A DNA stretch of 63,083 bases, taken from positions 1-63,083 of IMG/VR virus record IMGVR_UViG_3300030376_004411. One strand, given 5' to 3'. The notes below the pieces were generated by a model. The model was not told the origin of the DNA, did not search any database, and was given only the letters and a program-made list of their open reading frames with translations. The translations under genes and the position numbers were made by a program. Source of the DNA: a virus (taxonomy: Duplodnaviria; Caudoviricetes). Below, one piece after another: positions 27,357 through 38,920 of this stretch (the stretch's first letter is position 1; the number at the start of each line of letters is the position of its first letter).

Positions 27357-29813
27357 ATGGGTTTCGCAGGACAAGTATTTGCAGCAAGAGTCGCAATCGG
27401 TTTAGCCGTTCCCAGCCCACAGGCTATGCAACAAGCTGGTGGTTTATTATCTACTGGCGCTTCTAGTATATTTGAGAAGATAGCTCTAATGAGACAACAA
27501 GCCTCAGCTAAGAATAGAGGTATTGCTTTATCAGAACAACAAAAATCTGCAGGACTTTTTCAATCTAATTTAAAACGGACTAACGCTTTGATGCAAGGAG
27601 AGGTAGCACGAGGTCTAAAAAACCTTCAAGACTCCGGTCGAGCTGTAGCAGGTTCATTTGCTGACAGCGAAGGAAAAGTAAAAGAAGGGTTTTCTGGTCT
27701 TAAAAAGGCTACTGCAGACACACAACTTGGTAAAGACCTATTTAAGGGTGTTAATCAAGGTGTAAAACCACTAGAGCGCATGACTCGTTTAGTATCTAAT
27801 CTAGCAAAGATGGATGCAAGGGGTCGTCGTGAAGTATTACAATTACAAAAAGAACAACAACAAGCCGCTAAAGATGAGTTTATTGTTAATGCAAAGAGAT
27901 TAAAACAAATAGATGAAATGATTTCTGCAGAACTCAATAATAAAAGAAAAGGTGGTAAAGCACAAGAGAAAAGATTAAACGCCTTAAAGAAAGAAAGAGA
28001 CGAGCTAGAAAAACTTACTAAAAAAAGTGAAAAAAGATTAAGAGTAGAAGAGAAAAATACACGTAATCTAAAAACTGGTATGAAAACGGCTGAACAAGCC
28101 CGCGGTAAGTTTGACCAATTGGCTACATCTGCGGCCAAATTCGGTTCCAAAGTCGCTTCAGCAGCAAATCACGTCAGACAAGGATTTAATACCGCTTTAC
28201 GTAACTCTGTGGCTATCGCAACAGCCTTCTACTACAAGATTAATCAGAACACACAAGCTCTCATAGAGTTTGAGCGTGAATTATTAAACGCAAACTCTGT
28301 TTTCAACTTAACAAATTCAGAACTTTTTAACGTCGGTGACACCATAATGCAATTTGGACAGAAATTTGGTATCGAAATCCAAAACGGTGCTACTGGATTG
28401 TACCAACTTGCATCGGCTGGTGTAAGCGCCAACGAAGCATTATCAATATTACCAGAGACATTAAAGTTATCTATGGCTGTACAGGGTGACCACAATACTA
28501 TCTCTAAGCTAACAGCTCAGACATTGTTTGGTTTTGAGATGCAAATGGACCAAGCAGCCGAAGTTACAGACAAATTCGCATTTGCTATTCAGAAGTCTTT
28601 GATTGAGTATCAAGATTTATCAAGCGCTGTTAAGTTCGCTTTACCTTTCTTTACCTCTACAGGGCAAAGCTTAGACCAGCTGTTGGGGGCACTAGCTGTG
28701 CTGACTAATAGAGCTTTAGAGGCTGGTATTGCAGGTCGTGGTTTAAGACAAGCTGTGGCTGAATTCGCTGAAAGTGCTATGGATGCTGAAGTAGGGTTCC
28801 GTAAGATGGGTGTTGAGATTCTAAACGCAGAAGGTGAGATGAAACAACTAACTGAGATAGCAGCTAACTTTGCTGAGGTAGTAGGTCCTGAGACAGCATC
28901 TAATACAGAACTATTAACTACTTTAATACAAGATTTGAACGTTCGTGGTGCTACTGCATTTATTCACTTAGTTCAGGCTTCTGATGAATTTACTGAAGCT
29001 GTGGAAGGAAGTGTAAACGCAGGCGGTCAACTAGATGATATGGTTCGTATACAGAACGCATCTATATCAGCACAAATACAAATACTTAAAAACAATGTAG
29101 ATGCTATATTTTTGTTTAGAGATGCGGCTTTTGAAGGAACAGAGTTTATGAATGGGTTTCACAAAGCAGTAGTTGAATTCGTCGAGAATTTTAGTGGTTT
29201 ATTTGTTACAACCATGGAAGATGGTACATATCAGTTAACTGAGTTTGGTATGGAACTACACAATGTAGCTATTGACGCTGTTAAAGAATTAGGTAAAGTT
29301 ATGGAAATGTTAGTTGAAATTATAGTTGAGTTCTCAAAAGAAGGTTTAATTAGTGCTGATATGATTAAACTGATGGTTATGCCAATGAAAATCTTTTTAG
29401 AAGTTATAAACGCAATAGGTCCTGATATGCTTAAATTTATTATTTATTTCAAGATGTTAAATAGTGTTCTTCCAATAACACAATTGATGATGATGGGGGC
29501 AGCTAGAAGTGCAATGGCTTTTAAATTCGCAATGGCTGGTACTGGTTTAGGTGCACTACTAATGGGAGGAGTAATGCTCAAAAGATTCTTAGATAGTAGG
29601 CAGTCTGGTGGTTATGTATCACCAATGGCTGGTGGAGGTATGCCTATGGGTGGTCGGCCATATTTAGTGGGTGAACAAGGGCCAGAGCTATTTATACCAG
29701 ACAGTTCAGGCAAAATCTTAAATACTATGCAAACCCAAGAATCTATAGGAAGTGGAAAGACTGTGATGAAAAACGTTTCTATAGGTATTGATTCATTCGG
29801 AGGATTAGTATGA
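27357..29813 (+). CDS. Tail tape measure protein (TP901-like core)
   Basis: Helical; GLYQLASAG, LAVLTNRALEAGIAGRGLR; C-terminal GRPYLVGEQGPELFIP. Confidence 0.9.
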   Translation: MGFAGQVFAARVAIGLAVPSPQAMQQAGGLLSTGASSIFEKIALMRQQASAKNRGIALSEQQKSAGLFQSNLKRTNALMQGEVARGLKNLQDSGRAVAGSFADSEGKVKEGFSGLKKATADTQLGKDLFKGVNQGVKPLERMTRLVSNLAKMDARGRREVLQLQKEQQQAAKDEFIVNAKRLKQIDEMISAELNNKRKGGKAQEKRLNALKKERDELEKLTKKSEKRLRVEEKNTRNLKTGMKTAEQARGKFDQLATSAAKFGSKVASAANHVRQGFNTALRNSVAIATAFYYKINQNTQALIEFERELLNANSVFNLTNSELFNVGDTIMQFGQKFGIEIQNGATGLYQLASAGVSANEALSILPETLKLSMAVQGDHNTISKLTAQTLFGFEMQMDQAAEVTDKFAFAIQKSLIEYQDLSSAVKFALPFFTSTGQSLDQLLGALAVLTNRALEAGIAGRGLRQAVAEFAESAMDAEVGFRKMGVEILNAEGEMKQLTEIAANFAEVVGPETASNTELLTTLIQDLNVRGATAFIHLVQASDEFTEAVEGSVNAGGQLDDMVRIQNASISAQIQILKNNVDAIFLFRDAAFEGTEFMNGFHKAVVEFVENFSGLFVTTMEDGTYQLTEFGMELHNVAIDAVKELGKVMEMLVEIIVEFSKEGLISADMIKLMVMPMKIFLEVINAIGPDMLKFIIYFKMLNSVLPITQLMMMGAARSAMAFKFAMAGTGLGALLMGGVMLKRFLDSRQSGGYVSPMAGGGMPMGGRPYLVGEQGPELFIPDSSGKILNTMQTQESIGSGKTVMKNVSIGIDSFGGLV

Positions 29814-32800
29814 CATTAATAAGAGGACCAGTAGTTCCAAGAAATCATTTTTACAAGAAAACAGATTTTAGTGATATGACTAAATTACCGTGGGGTTTTA
29901 ATGATTTACCACAAAGTGTGGGTAATGAATTATTATTTTCAGCATCAGATACTGCACAATCTGCAATACTTACAGGTAATATAGCAAGTTTACCTCCATA
30001 TGGTGATGCTGCAGTTGATGGTGGATATATAAAGATATTTCAATCATCTATATCAGGTAATACACATCGTCAATCTACTAATGTTAAATTATACGCTATG
30101 ACTCCAGATTTACCAATTACTGAGGGTGGTTTTAGTTTTGCACATCGTAGTGGTTCTACAAGTAATGATGAAGTAGGGCAAAAGGTAGCCTTGTACAATT
30201 CTAATCCTGTAGGGTCTATATATCTATCAGAGACATTTGAGGGTATAACATTTGACCAAGACAGTGTAACCAAAAGTGCCGGCAGTAGTACAGTTAAAAT
30301 GTCAGAACCATATTTTAGAAATGATGAACTTACAGAATATGTTAACTCTAATTTAGGACAAACAGTCGATTTATTACACGAACCAAAAGCTGGTCGTAGT
30401 TTGATGATTATAGAAAATAAGAGGGCTGTAGGAGGAGGTGCATATGAAAGTGAGTACCCAAATTCTGGACCTGATGTACGTATAAGATGTTATACTAATA
30501 GCACTAATAATACTGCAAAGGTAGTGTGGGATTCTCTTGGTCCTAATTACATAACAAGAAATAGAGTAAGATATGGTGTTGGTGGTAGTCACAGATTTGA
30601 TTTAGATGAGATAAGACATTTAATACACTTTGATAATTTTGAGATGACTACATCTGATTTAGAGGCAACACCAGCTGCAACCACTGGTAACACAATATTT
30701 AGTGATATAGCAACTTCAATGAATGCAGCAAATCCGTATGATTCTAGTGACGCAAATCCCCTTATACTAAGTCAAATAGACTTATCAACTGAGAACAGTT
30801 TAGATGGAGGTCAGGCTTTGCGTCTTTATCACAATTGGGGATATTCACCACATAATGAAACATTACAAAATCAACTAGGAGTTTCTGGTAATTTAAACCC
30901 TCAATCAATGAGAGCTTCGATGTATAATATACCTATGCCTCCACCTCCTGTGGACATAGGACGTAGCACCGTTTCTGCTACAGATAGTACGGCTGTTTTT
31001 GGTAATCATAGAGCTGTAGTGCCTGAGATAGATATGGCTTTAAATTTTTCTAAGATGATGCCTAATGTACAGGTTAATATATCAGGTTGTGCAAAATTAG
31101 CTGACCCTACAGGGTATTATAATCAAGCAACTTTAACACAAGAACACTGTGGAGAGACCGCAGGTACTTTTTTAAGAAGTGTTGTTGTTACCTTTTCAAA
31201 TTATAAACCTAAACAAGACCATACAACTGTGGATAAATTTATAAATTATGGATTAAATAGGTTTTATTCTGGTGAAGAAACTGAAAATGTTGTTGGGGGA
31301 GTAGTGTTCACAAGTTATGGTATTGGTGGTAATCCACCAATTTTAAGCGGAGAATTTGCAGATTTATATGCTATGCCTATACCAGTTACTGCTGTAGGAC
31401 AGTGTACCTCTGGTACTAGTGCGGCAGATACAACAGTTATGAAAGAAGCTGGTTTAGTTAAGTTAGTAGGAACTACAGCTACAACTCCAGATGACCCGTT
31501 AGAAAACATAGATATCTTATCATGGGGAAATTTACCTTTCTTCGTAAATAACACTCCACAATATTGTACATTACCGATGAATTCTTGGATAAATATGAGA
31601 ACTTTTATGAATTCTGAATTTTTTAATAATACTGGTAGTGCAAGTTTAAATCCATATAGAACTACTCCAGCATATAGTAATGCTGCAGAAAGAGGAAGCT
31701 GTATGAGAGTATACTTTGATATAGAAGGAGTTGAGGGTACTAATGATAATGCTAATGAAAATATACCTTGTTTGGATATTCCTTTCCCAGCACATGCCAC
31801 TAACAAACCTGCTGATGTAGGTGCCAGTTATAGATGGATGGACAGTCCTAACTATTTCCCAAAACACATGACTATTTGGGTACAAAACTACTGTTGGAAT
31901 AATAAAACCGATTCCATAGCTACTGATTTATTTACAGTATCTGATAGTGAAGTACTAGTGTCTGGTGCATCTAGAGAGATGGAATTATTTGTTGATAATG
32001 TAATTTTAAGAAACTTTACACCACATGTAACAAATGTGTCAGAAGGTGGCGCATCAGGTAGATTAACCTTAGCTCCTAAAGACATAAAATCACCAATTGG
32101 AACTAGAATTGATGGTACGACCTACGACAGTGGATGGGTTACTGATAAAGCTTCTTTAGCACCACTTACAGGAAGTAATAACGCAGGAGGAAGTGTAGCT
32201 ACCCGTGGTGGTTACTATTATACTTATAATGTAGGACAAAATGTTTGTTTTGGTTTTGATGATAAGGGAGATTTACCTACTTCTACAGACGCACACGCAA
32301 CTGATGCTTCAGGATATATTCTAATGAATGATTTTAGAACTACTGATTGGGCTACTGTGGTTGGTTCACCAGCTGTATCTGGTTATTCAACTAACTCTTA
32401 TTTCAAAAATAGATTCCTCAAAGACCCTACGGACGCAGTTAAGTCTGGTGGTATCTTAGGAATAGATGCAGCTCTTAACAACGCTGGAGTCGCATATAAC
32501 ATACCATTAGGACAACAAATGTTCTCAACTATATCATATATAAGTGGTAGTGCTGCTGCTACGTACTTCGATACTGTATCAGGTACTATGTTTAAGATAG
32601 ACCCTACTGGTACTTCTATAGCATCTAATGCATTCTCTTTAGGAAGTCAAGAAAATGACTTTTTATCCACTAATGCTCTAAGAGAAAAGGGTTTTGTAGG
32701 ATTGAGTGTTGCTGGTACCGGTACAAATGGTATAGATTTTGGTGGTTGGACTAAACGTGAAAGTATTTTAACTAGTACAAAGATTATGAAAATTCCTGAA

Positions 32801-34639
32801 CAAACAAGTTCTACAGAAGAAACTAGTGAAACTGCAGCCACATTACTAAACAACCAAATCAAAGTACATAATCCTTCTGTATTCAATCAATTAAACGATG
32901 AAGAGACATACGCTATATATCTTATTAACGAATCACCCAGTACTTCAGTAAGAAGAACAGGTTTAAAATTAGATGGCGCTAGTGAAATAACATCTGGTAT
33001 AATTAGTTTTACTGAGGATTTAACTAACGCAGACGATGGTAGTACTGCATTATTAACTGAGAATAATTTATCTAGGTTATGGGTTGGCCCTGAAAAATTC
33101 TGGGTAACTATGACTTTAGATACCCCACCAGATATTACACCAAGAAGTTATCAATCAGCATGTACAGTCATGGAAACTCCTGACACAGGTTCGACTACAC
33201 AAACAGGCAGTACTGTCAATGAATTTACTTATTTTTATTCCACAGCATCTTCTAGACAATCTCAAGTTAAATCTGCATTGTATAATAATATATGGAATGT
33301 AGAGTTTGATGTAGACTCGGACACCATTATATTAGATAAAGACTTTGGTTATGGTGTTTACGCAGAGGGGGCTGGTGGAGAAGCATGTAAAGGAAGTTTA
33401 ATTTATAATAAATTTAATTTTTTAGATATCGATAAATATGTTCAAAGTGAAGTTAAAGATGTACATACACCAGTTAGTGCTCCATTTATGTTAATGTTAG
33501 ATGGTATTTCTACGGTGTCGAGTATGGGTATTTATACTGATAATTATACTGAAGGAGGTGGCGTAGATACTACAAGATATAGACCGTCTGTTTATATAAG
33601 ATATAAAGATTTACCTCCTATAATTTCTGATTTGAAAGTGGCTCCGGTGCAAAATACATTGGACGATAATATTAATTTATATAGCTTAACTACTAAAAAT
33701 TTAAACGCAGTTAAATTCAATTGGAACGAAAGTAATGGTGATGATATATGGTATAGATATTTAATGGTAGATACTAAACCTATCTTAGATAAATATCATA
33801 ATGCTACTATGTGGGTACCACTCAACGACCAATCAACTTCATTAGATACTGCACCAACATATACAGTTCATAACCCTTCCGCACAAAGTAGTGGTTCTGT
33901 TACAGTGGGTGCCAACATTAGAGCTGTAATTGAGGGACAAGGTGGATATGCACCACAAATGAATATTACTGACAGTACTGACAGTAAAATAACGATACCA
34001 TCTGGTACAAATACTGCTTTAGATGGTAGAGATGAATTTACATTAGTATTACATTGGACACCTGCTGCAGATGACCAAGGAAATAGAAGATTTGTAGTTT
34101 CTCAAAGTGATGATTTAACTACTTTAACTAATAATTTTTATATAGACAAACAAGCAGATGATACTCTAAGAGTTAGGATGGGTAACGATGTAGATATTAC
34201 TTCATTAGGTACTGTTATATGTGATGGTAGTACACCTACTAGTATAATAGTAACGTATCATTCTGGTAGTTTAGATAGTGAAAAGGTTAAATTATATATA
34301 AATGGTTCATTAGCAGGTAGTAGTGCAGGTACAACAAAGGTAAACAATTCTGCAGATTTTGTAATTGGTGGACGTCACGAAGTTGGTTTGACAGGTTCAA
34401 GGGGATTGATGGAAGAAGTTATCATTTATAGTAAAGCTTTGACCATTATAGATAAAAGTAATGAATATATTTTTAATACAGAAGATATTTTAGATGGTGA
34501 TTATAGTGGTGGAGCATTAGGTCAAATATATACACACAACGCTCGTTTGATAGCTGCAGATTACCACAATTTTAGAGGTAGTACTCACGCAGAAATAGGT
34601 ATGAGTAACACCACATCATGGAGGACTACACCAATATGA
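29810..34639 (+). CDS. Large tail-tip protein with C-terminal LamG/ConA-like domain
   Basis: 1609 aa; KVKLYINGSL..FVIGG..GLMEEVIIYSKAL. Confidence 0.75.
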   Translation: MTLIRGPVVPRNHFYKKTDFSDMTKLPWGFNDLPQSVGNELLFSASDTAQSAILTGNIASLPPYGDAAVDGGYIKIFQSSISGNTHRQSTNVKLYAMTPDLPITEGGFSFAHRSGSTSNDEVGQKVALYNSNPVGSIYLSETFEGITFDQDSVTKSAGSSTVKMSEPYFRNDELTEYVNSNLGQTVDLLHEPKAGRSLMIIENKRAVGGGAYESEYPNSGPDVRIRCYTNSTNNTAKVVWDSLGPNYITRNRVRYGVGGSHRFDLDEIRHLIHFDNFEMTTSDLEATPAATTGNTIFSDIATSMNAANPYDSSDANPLILSQIDLSTENSLDGGQALRLYHNWGYSPHNETLQNQLGVSGNLNPQSMRASMYNIPMPPPPVDIGRSTVSATDSTAVFGNHRAVVPEIDMALNFSKMMPNVQVNISGCAKLADPTGYYNQATLTQEHCGETAGTFLRSVVVTFSNYKPKQDHTTVDKFINYGLNRFYSGEETENVVGGVVFTSYGIGGNPPILSGEFADLYAMPIPVTAVGQCTSGTSAADTTVMKEAGLVKLVGTTATTPDDPLENIDILSWGNLPFFVNNTPQYCTLPMNSWINMRTFMNSEFFNNTGSASLNPYRTTPAYSNAAERGSCMRVYFDIEGVEGTNDNANENIPCLDIPFPAHATNKPADVGASYRWMDSPNYFPKHMTIWVQNYCWNNKTDSIATDLFTVSDSEVLVSGASREMELFVDNVILRNFTPHVTNVSEGGASGRLTLAPKDIKSPIGTRIDGTTYDSGWVTDKASLAPLTGSNNAGGSVATRGGYYYTYNVGQNVCFGFDDKGDLPTSTDAHATDASGYILMNDFRTTDWATVVGSPAVSGYSTNSYFKNRFLKDPTDAVKSGGILGIDAALNNAGVAYNIPLGQQMFSTISYISGSAAATYFDTVSGTMFKIDPTGTSIASNAFSLGSQENDFLSTNALREKGFVGLSVAGTGTNGIDFGGWTKRESILTSTKIMKIPEQTSSTEETSETAATLLNNQIKVHNPSVFNQLNDEETYAIYLINESPSTSVRRTGLKLDGASEITSGIISFTEDLTNADDGSTALLTENNLSRLWVGPEKFWVTMTLDTPPDITPRSYQSACTVMETPDTGSTTQTGSTVNEFTYFYSTASSRQSQVKSALYNNIWNVEFDVDSDTIILDKDFGYGVYAEGAGGEACKGSLIYNKFNFLDIDKYVQSEVKDVHTPVSAPFMLMLDGISTVSSMGIYTDNYTEGGGVDTTRYRPSVYIRYKDLPPIISDLKVAPVQNTLDDNINLYSLTTKNLNAVKFNWNESNGDDIWYRYLMVDTKPILDKYHNATMWVPLNDQSTSLDTAPTYTVHNPSAQSSGSVTVGANIRAVIEGQGGYAPQMNITDSTDSKITIPSGTNTALDGRDEFTLVLHWTPAADDQGNRRFVVSQSDDLTTLTNNFYIDKQADDTLRVRMGNDVDITSLGTVICDGSTPTSIIVTYHSGSLDSEKVKLYINGSLAGSSAGTTKVNNSADFVIGGRHEVGLTGSRGLMEEVIIYSKALTIIDKSNEYIFNTEDILDGDYSGGALGQIYTHNARLIAADYHNFRGSTHAEIGMSNTTSWRTTPI

Positions 34640-37626
34640 CGTTAGCATGGGATGAAGCTAGTACAGGTAAAGTAAATGAAGAACGCACAGCTACTTTGAC
34701 ATTCAAAGAAAACAACATAAGGGCTATTTATATAGACTGGGATGATGGAGAGAGTAATAAAGTAGAAGAATCAAATTATCAATGGGTTGAAACAACAGAA
34801 CCAAAAGGTTCATTTGTAGTTAAACATACCTATAATAAATCCGGTACTTTTAAACCAGTCATTCAAACAATAAATTCTTATGGATTCGTTTCTAGATTCA
34901 ATGCTAATGAATCTTCCAACTCTAATATTAGTCCTTTCACGAACAATAGTGGTATACAAAACATTGTAGTTAATGATAATTCTGCAACTGCTATATCTAG
35001 ATTAGATAACGTAGTTATAAATAGTGGTATTGATAACTCTATAATGGATGTAGAAGGACCAAAGGAATTATTTATAGCTATAGCTCCAACTATAACAAGA
35101 ACAGAATTGACCGGAACTATACAAGAGATACAGGTTTCGGTTGAAGGAATTATACAAAGAAATAAACTTAATGCTGCAACCGGTGCAGACCAAGCTGGTC
35201 TTGCAGTAGGTACAGATGTTTCACAAGAAACAATAACATCTACAATAGATTTTACCACTGGCACTAATCAGTATGGAGTTTATAATATATTTGGTAGTGC
35301 TTTTGTGAGTGAAGAAGGTGCATTTAGTAAAGTAATAAAGGTTAAATATGATAGTTGTAAAGCAACTGGTACCACTGCAGCTAATGCAGGTACTGATTAC
35401 ACTACAAATGAAGTATTTAATAGGTTAAAAATATTCGTAGTAACAAAGGCAAATGATGGAAATTATTATCCAATAACATATGTGACCGCAGGTAGCCCTA
35501 TAAAACAAGTGGAAGATTACTTAAGGTATACTTCACTAGATATGTCTCAGAGTAGAGCAGCAGCATCCAATGTAACTATAAGCAATTACAGGTATGATAA
35601 TGGTAAATGGTGGTTTAACCCTGTTAATCAATGGTCATTAAGTACAAATATATTAGGTACTGGGACTAAAGTACCAGACAGTGTTGTACCTTTACAGTAT
35701 ACATATCTTACACGACCTGATGGTTTAAACGGAGTTAGTAACCAAAAGGTTTTTGGTTCAGGCGCTACATATAAATGGTACAATGATAGTAATGCTATTC
35801 GTGAAGATTCGATAGCATTAAATGACTATGGTAATATTCCTGACCAATATCATATGATAAGAAATTCAGTAATGCCTTCATCTAATTCAGGAAGTATAGT
35901 TACTACAAATCAACCAGAAGTATTTTTATGTCATCCGTGTCCAAACTGGACTACACCAGAAGTAATTACACAAACAAGTGTGGTTGATTACACGAGCAAA
36001 ATGAAAAACAATACATCAAGTGATAGTTTACCTTTAGCATCATTAAATCAAACTGCAATAAAATCAGTGACAGATGAATTCGTAACACAAAAAGAAAAAG
36101 AATATTTGTTGATGACTTTTGACAGTAAGACCAATAAGGTATTTATTAACGCTACAAGTTACGCTAATACACTAATGTCTGACACTTCTGGTTTTGACGC
36201 CGATAGTGGACTAAAAATAGCTGGTGTTGAGTATTTACACATAAATGAAAGTGGTACTAAAAAACAAAACGCATATTGGAAACCTCTTAAATTTAAAGAT
36301 ACTACTCGATATTCACGAGAATTCAGAGACACTTCAGCAGACGATTATGATTATAAACATACATCATTAGCAAAAAGTGGTTATATATCATTTGATATGC
36401 CATCAGATTGGACAGCTACTACATTACCTAATTTATGTGGTGGTATATATAATACTGCAAGTGGTAGCTTCGCAGCTTGTGTGGCAGCTGGTAATGATGA
36501 CGTGCCTTTTACAGCTACTGCTGTAACTAATAATGCAGCTTCTAGCAATGGATATGGAGACTCTGTAACATTAACTTTAGGTGGTGCAGCGCAGACTGCT
36601 GTTGGTACTATAGGTAGTGCAGATGATGTAGGTAGATTTAAATATATTTGTATTGTTTCTGGAAACGCTCAGGCATCTGGTAGTTCGTTTTGGGTTGCTA
36701 GTGGTGCAAGTAATGGTTGGAATGGTACAGATAAACTTACACTTATGGTTGGAACAACTGGTACTGCAGCAAGTAATGGTAACTATAAAATACCTATAAA
36801 TGGTGATGTAGCAGATTTAAGATTTAGTTTGAGAAGAATTAATATTTATGATGTAGTAAATGGTGCATCTAAATCATACAATGATGATAATGTTATAGGT
36901 GATTACCGAGTAGCAGAGTTGATTGCTGCTGGTGGTCAACATTATAATGCTGGTACTTCATTCTTTAAAAATTTATATAATTGCACTGACGCTATATTCA
37001 CTGGTTCATCTTGGGCAACAAACCCTAAGTTTTTATTAAAAGTAACACTTAGTGGTGCTACTGGTGATGGTACAGCTGGTACGCCTTGTCCTACATTATG
37101 GAATGTATTTGACGCAAACCAAGGTCACGGTGTTATATTAAAAGAAGTCGATGATTCTGCTTATAATTTAAACTCATTACAAATAACTAGTGATTTAAGC
37201 ATCGGAAGACAAGGACAATACTTCAAAGCAATTAGTAGAAAAGGTCAGACTTTTGTTATTAAAACAGGAGTAGGAATGACTGAGATAGGATTCACTAGTG
37301 TAGCTCTTGGTGATGAGAACTCCAGTAGCGCATTTGATGACCACGGCCCTTCAACACTTTACGGACATTTACATAAACTGAGAAACATACAAGCTGATGG
37401 TGTAGATGTTTATTGGGATGAACCACAAAAAGATGGTACCTTTGTAAGATTATGGGGTAAGGTTACTAATGTAAATGAGACTAGAGCTGTTGGTGGACCT
37501 CGCGCAGTTAAGAGTTATACGTTTACTTTAGTAGTACAAAAAATAGCTCTGATAAAAAACACGGGTATATTAATGACAGATATATATCCTCTAGGAGGAA
37601 TCCAGAATGAAAGAGATTACTCCTGA
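34618..37626 (+). CDS. Tail/baseplate structural protein with PKD-like N-terminus
   Basis: IYIDWDDGE..VKHTYNKSGTF; start may be ATG 34636. Confidence 0.7.
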   Translation: MEDYTNMTLAWDEASTGKVNEERTATLTFKENNIRAIYIDWDDGESNKVEESNYQWVETTEPKGSFVVKHTYNKSGTFKPVIQTINSYGFVSRFNANESSNSNISPFTNNSGIQNIVVNDNSATAISRLDNVVINSGIDNSIMDVEGPKELFIAIAPTITRTELTGTIQEIQVSVEGIIQRNKLNAATGADQAGLAVGTDVSQETITSTIDFTTGTNQYGVYNIFGSAFVSEEGAFSKVIKVKYDSCKATGTTAANAGTDYTTNEVFNRLKIFVVTKANDGNYYPITYVTAGSPIKQVEDYLRYTSLDMSQSRAAASNVTISNYRYDNGKWWFNPVNQWSLSTNILGTGTKVPDSVVPLQYTYLTRPDGLNGVSNQKVFGSGATYKWYNDSNAIREDSIALNDYGNIPDQYHMIRNSVMPSSNSGSIVTTNQPEVFLCHPCPNWTTPEVITQTSVVDYTSKMKNNTSSDSLPLASLNQTAIKSVTDEFVTQKEKEYLLMTFDSKTNKVFINATSYANTLMSDTSGFDADSGLKIAGVEYLHINESGTKKQNAYWKPLKFKDTTRYSREFRDTSADDYDYKHTSLAKSGYISFDMPSDWTATTLPNLCGGIYNTASGSFAACVAAGNDDVPFTATAVTNNAASSNGYGDSVTLTLGGAAQTAVGTIGSADDVGRFKYICIVSGNAQASGSSFWVASGASNGWNGTDKLTLMVGTTGTAASNGNYKIPINGDVADLRFSLRRINIYDVVNGASKSYNDDNVIGDYRVAELIAAGGQHYNAGTSFFKNLYNCTDAIFTGSSWATNPKFLLKVTLSGATGDGTAGTPCPTLWNVFDANQGHGVILKEVDDSAYNLNSLQITSDLSIGRQGQYFKAISRKGQTFVIKTGVGMTEIGFTSVALGDENSSSAFDDHGPSTLYGHLHKLRNIQADGVDVYWDEPQKDGTFVRLWGKVTNVNETRAVGGPRAVKSYTFTLVVQKIALIKNTGILMTDIYPLGGIQNERDYS

Positions 37627-38656
37627 AATTAGAATTGAAGGAAGAGTTGTAGAGTATTTAGAGGGTAATTACCAAAATACAGGTGGATTAACTGCAGCTA
37701 CTTTACAATTTAAATTACCTAGACAGTATGATGGCTTTAGAAAATTATGGAATAAAGAGGTAACTTTCTTTCTTAATGAAGCTGATAAACCCCTATTTAG
37801 AGGTTATATAAAGAGAGTAAAAGAGAACTTTGATAGTATAGAAGTCTTTGCTCAAGATATCATAGGGTATATGGTCAAAGGTGGTAATCCTGAAAAGGCA
37901 AAGATAGTACTAACTGATAAAGATAATATAGATGGATTAAGCGCAGCTAACGCAATCCGCAATGCAATCTCTAGAGCTCTACTAAACACTAAAGTTGGAA
38001 CAGACATCATAGGCGATACTACCCCTATTGTTAGCTCTTCTAGGCCCCCCTTGAGAGGTACGTTGAGCATATTAGATATAATAAAGCAAATGGTTAGTAG
38101 AGCAGTGGATGATAGTGGTACAATACCTAGGCCTAATATTGTTAAGGTAGTTGATGATGGTAGTACTTCTCAGTTGGTAATAGAATTAGAGAGTGATTTG
38201 GATTCAACTGAGATAAAACATGTGTTTAGTGAGTATGATAATATCACTGATTTAAAAATTATAAATAGGAAAGTTCCTACTATTGTTATTGTTAACGGAG
38301 CAGACGGAGTAAAAGGAACATTCTCGCATGATACTGCCGTTGAAGCTTTTGACAGGAATTATTTAGAAGTAACCAATACAGCATTACGCTCCCCCGCCGA
38401 GTGTAAAGATTTTGCTCAGAAACTTTTTAGAGCTAATCTGACTACACAGTATGAGTATGGGATTGCAACGTTTGAGGGTGCTTATCTGTCTGAAAATGAT
38501 GTTATACGTGTAGAAACAGAGGACCAAAAGTTTAGTGGGAACTATAGAGTAAGGGGTAAAAAGATTACTTTTAGTCCTAGTAGTTTCTCGGTCGGATTGA
38601 ATATAAATAGAAAACCACCAACATTAGCTGAATATATAAGTCAACAAGATAATTAG
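37607..38656 (+). CDS. Putative baseplate hub/tail protein
   Basis: PLFRGYIKRV..IEVFAQD and DVIRV..GNYRV hub-like motifs; last + strand gene. Confidence 0.6.
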   Translation: MKEITPEIRIEGRVVEYLEGNYQNTGGLTAATLQFKLPRQYDGFRKLWNKEVTFFLNEADKPLFRGYIKRVKENFDSIEVFAQDIIGYMVKGGNPEKAKIVLTDKDNIDGLSAANAIRNAISRALLNTKVGTDIIGDTTPIVSSSRPPLRGTLSILDIIKQMVSRAVDDSGTIPRPNIVKVVDDGSTSQLVIELESDLDSTEIKHVFSEYDNITDLKIINRKVPTIVIVNGADGVKGTFSHDTAVEAFDRNYLEVTNTALRSPAECKDFAQKLFRANLTTQYEYGIATFEGAYLSENDVIRVETEDQKFSGNYRVRGKKITFSPSSFSVGLNINRKPPTLAEYISQQDN

Positions 38657-38914
38657 TTAATTTCCTCTTGGGTTTCCAATTACACCGTCATCTCTAGCAT
38701 GAGTTGGTGCATAATCTCCAGAGTTACCTGCTCCACCAGAAGATTCTGTGTGGCCCGGATTGATAGTTCTCATAGATATTGTACCTGCTGGTTGCATACC
38801 GTTATATTCGCCATCCCCGAGTTTAACAACGTTGTCAATTTTCCCACTTGATGTCATGCCGGCAGTCATACCCATTTTCCTACCATATCCGGTTATATCT
38901 TTTTCAAATTCCAT
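38657..38914 (-). CDS. Hypothetical Gly-rich protein
   Basis: 85-aa ORF downstream of RNR. Confidence 0.6.
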   Translation of the reverse strand: MEFEKDITGYGRKMGMTAGMTSSGKIDNVVKLGDGEYNGMQPAGTISMRTINPGHTESSGGAGNSGDYAPTHARDDGVIGNPRGN

Positions 38915-38920
38915 ATTAAT

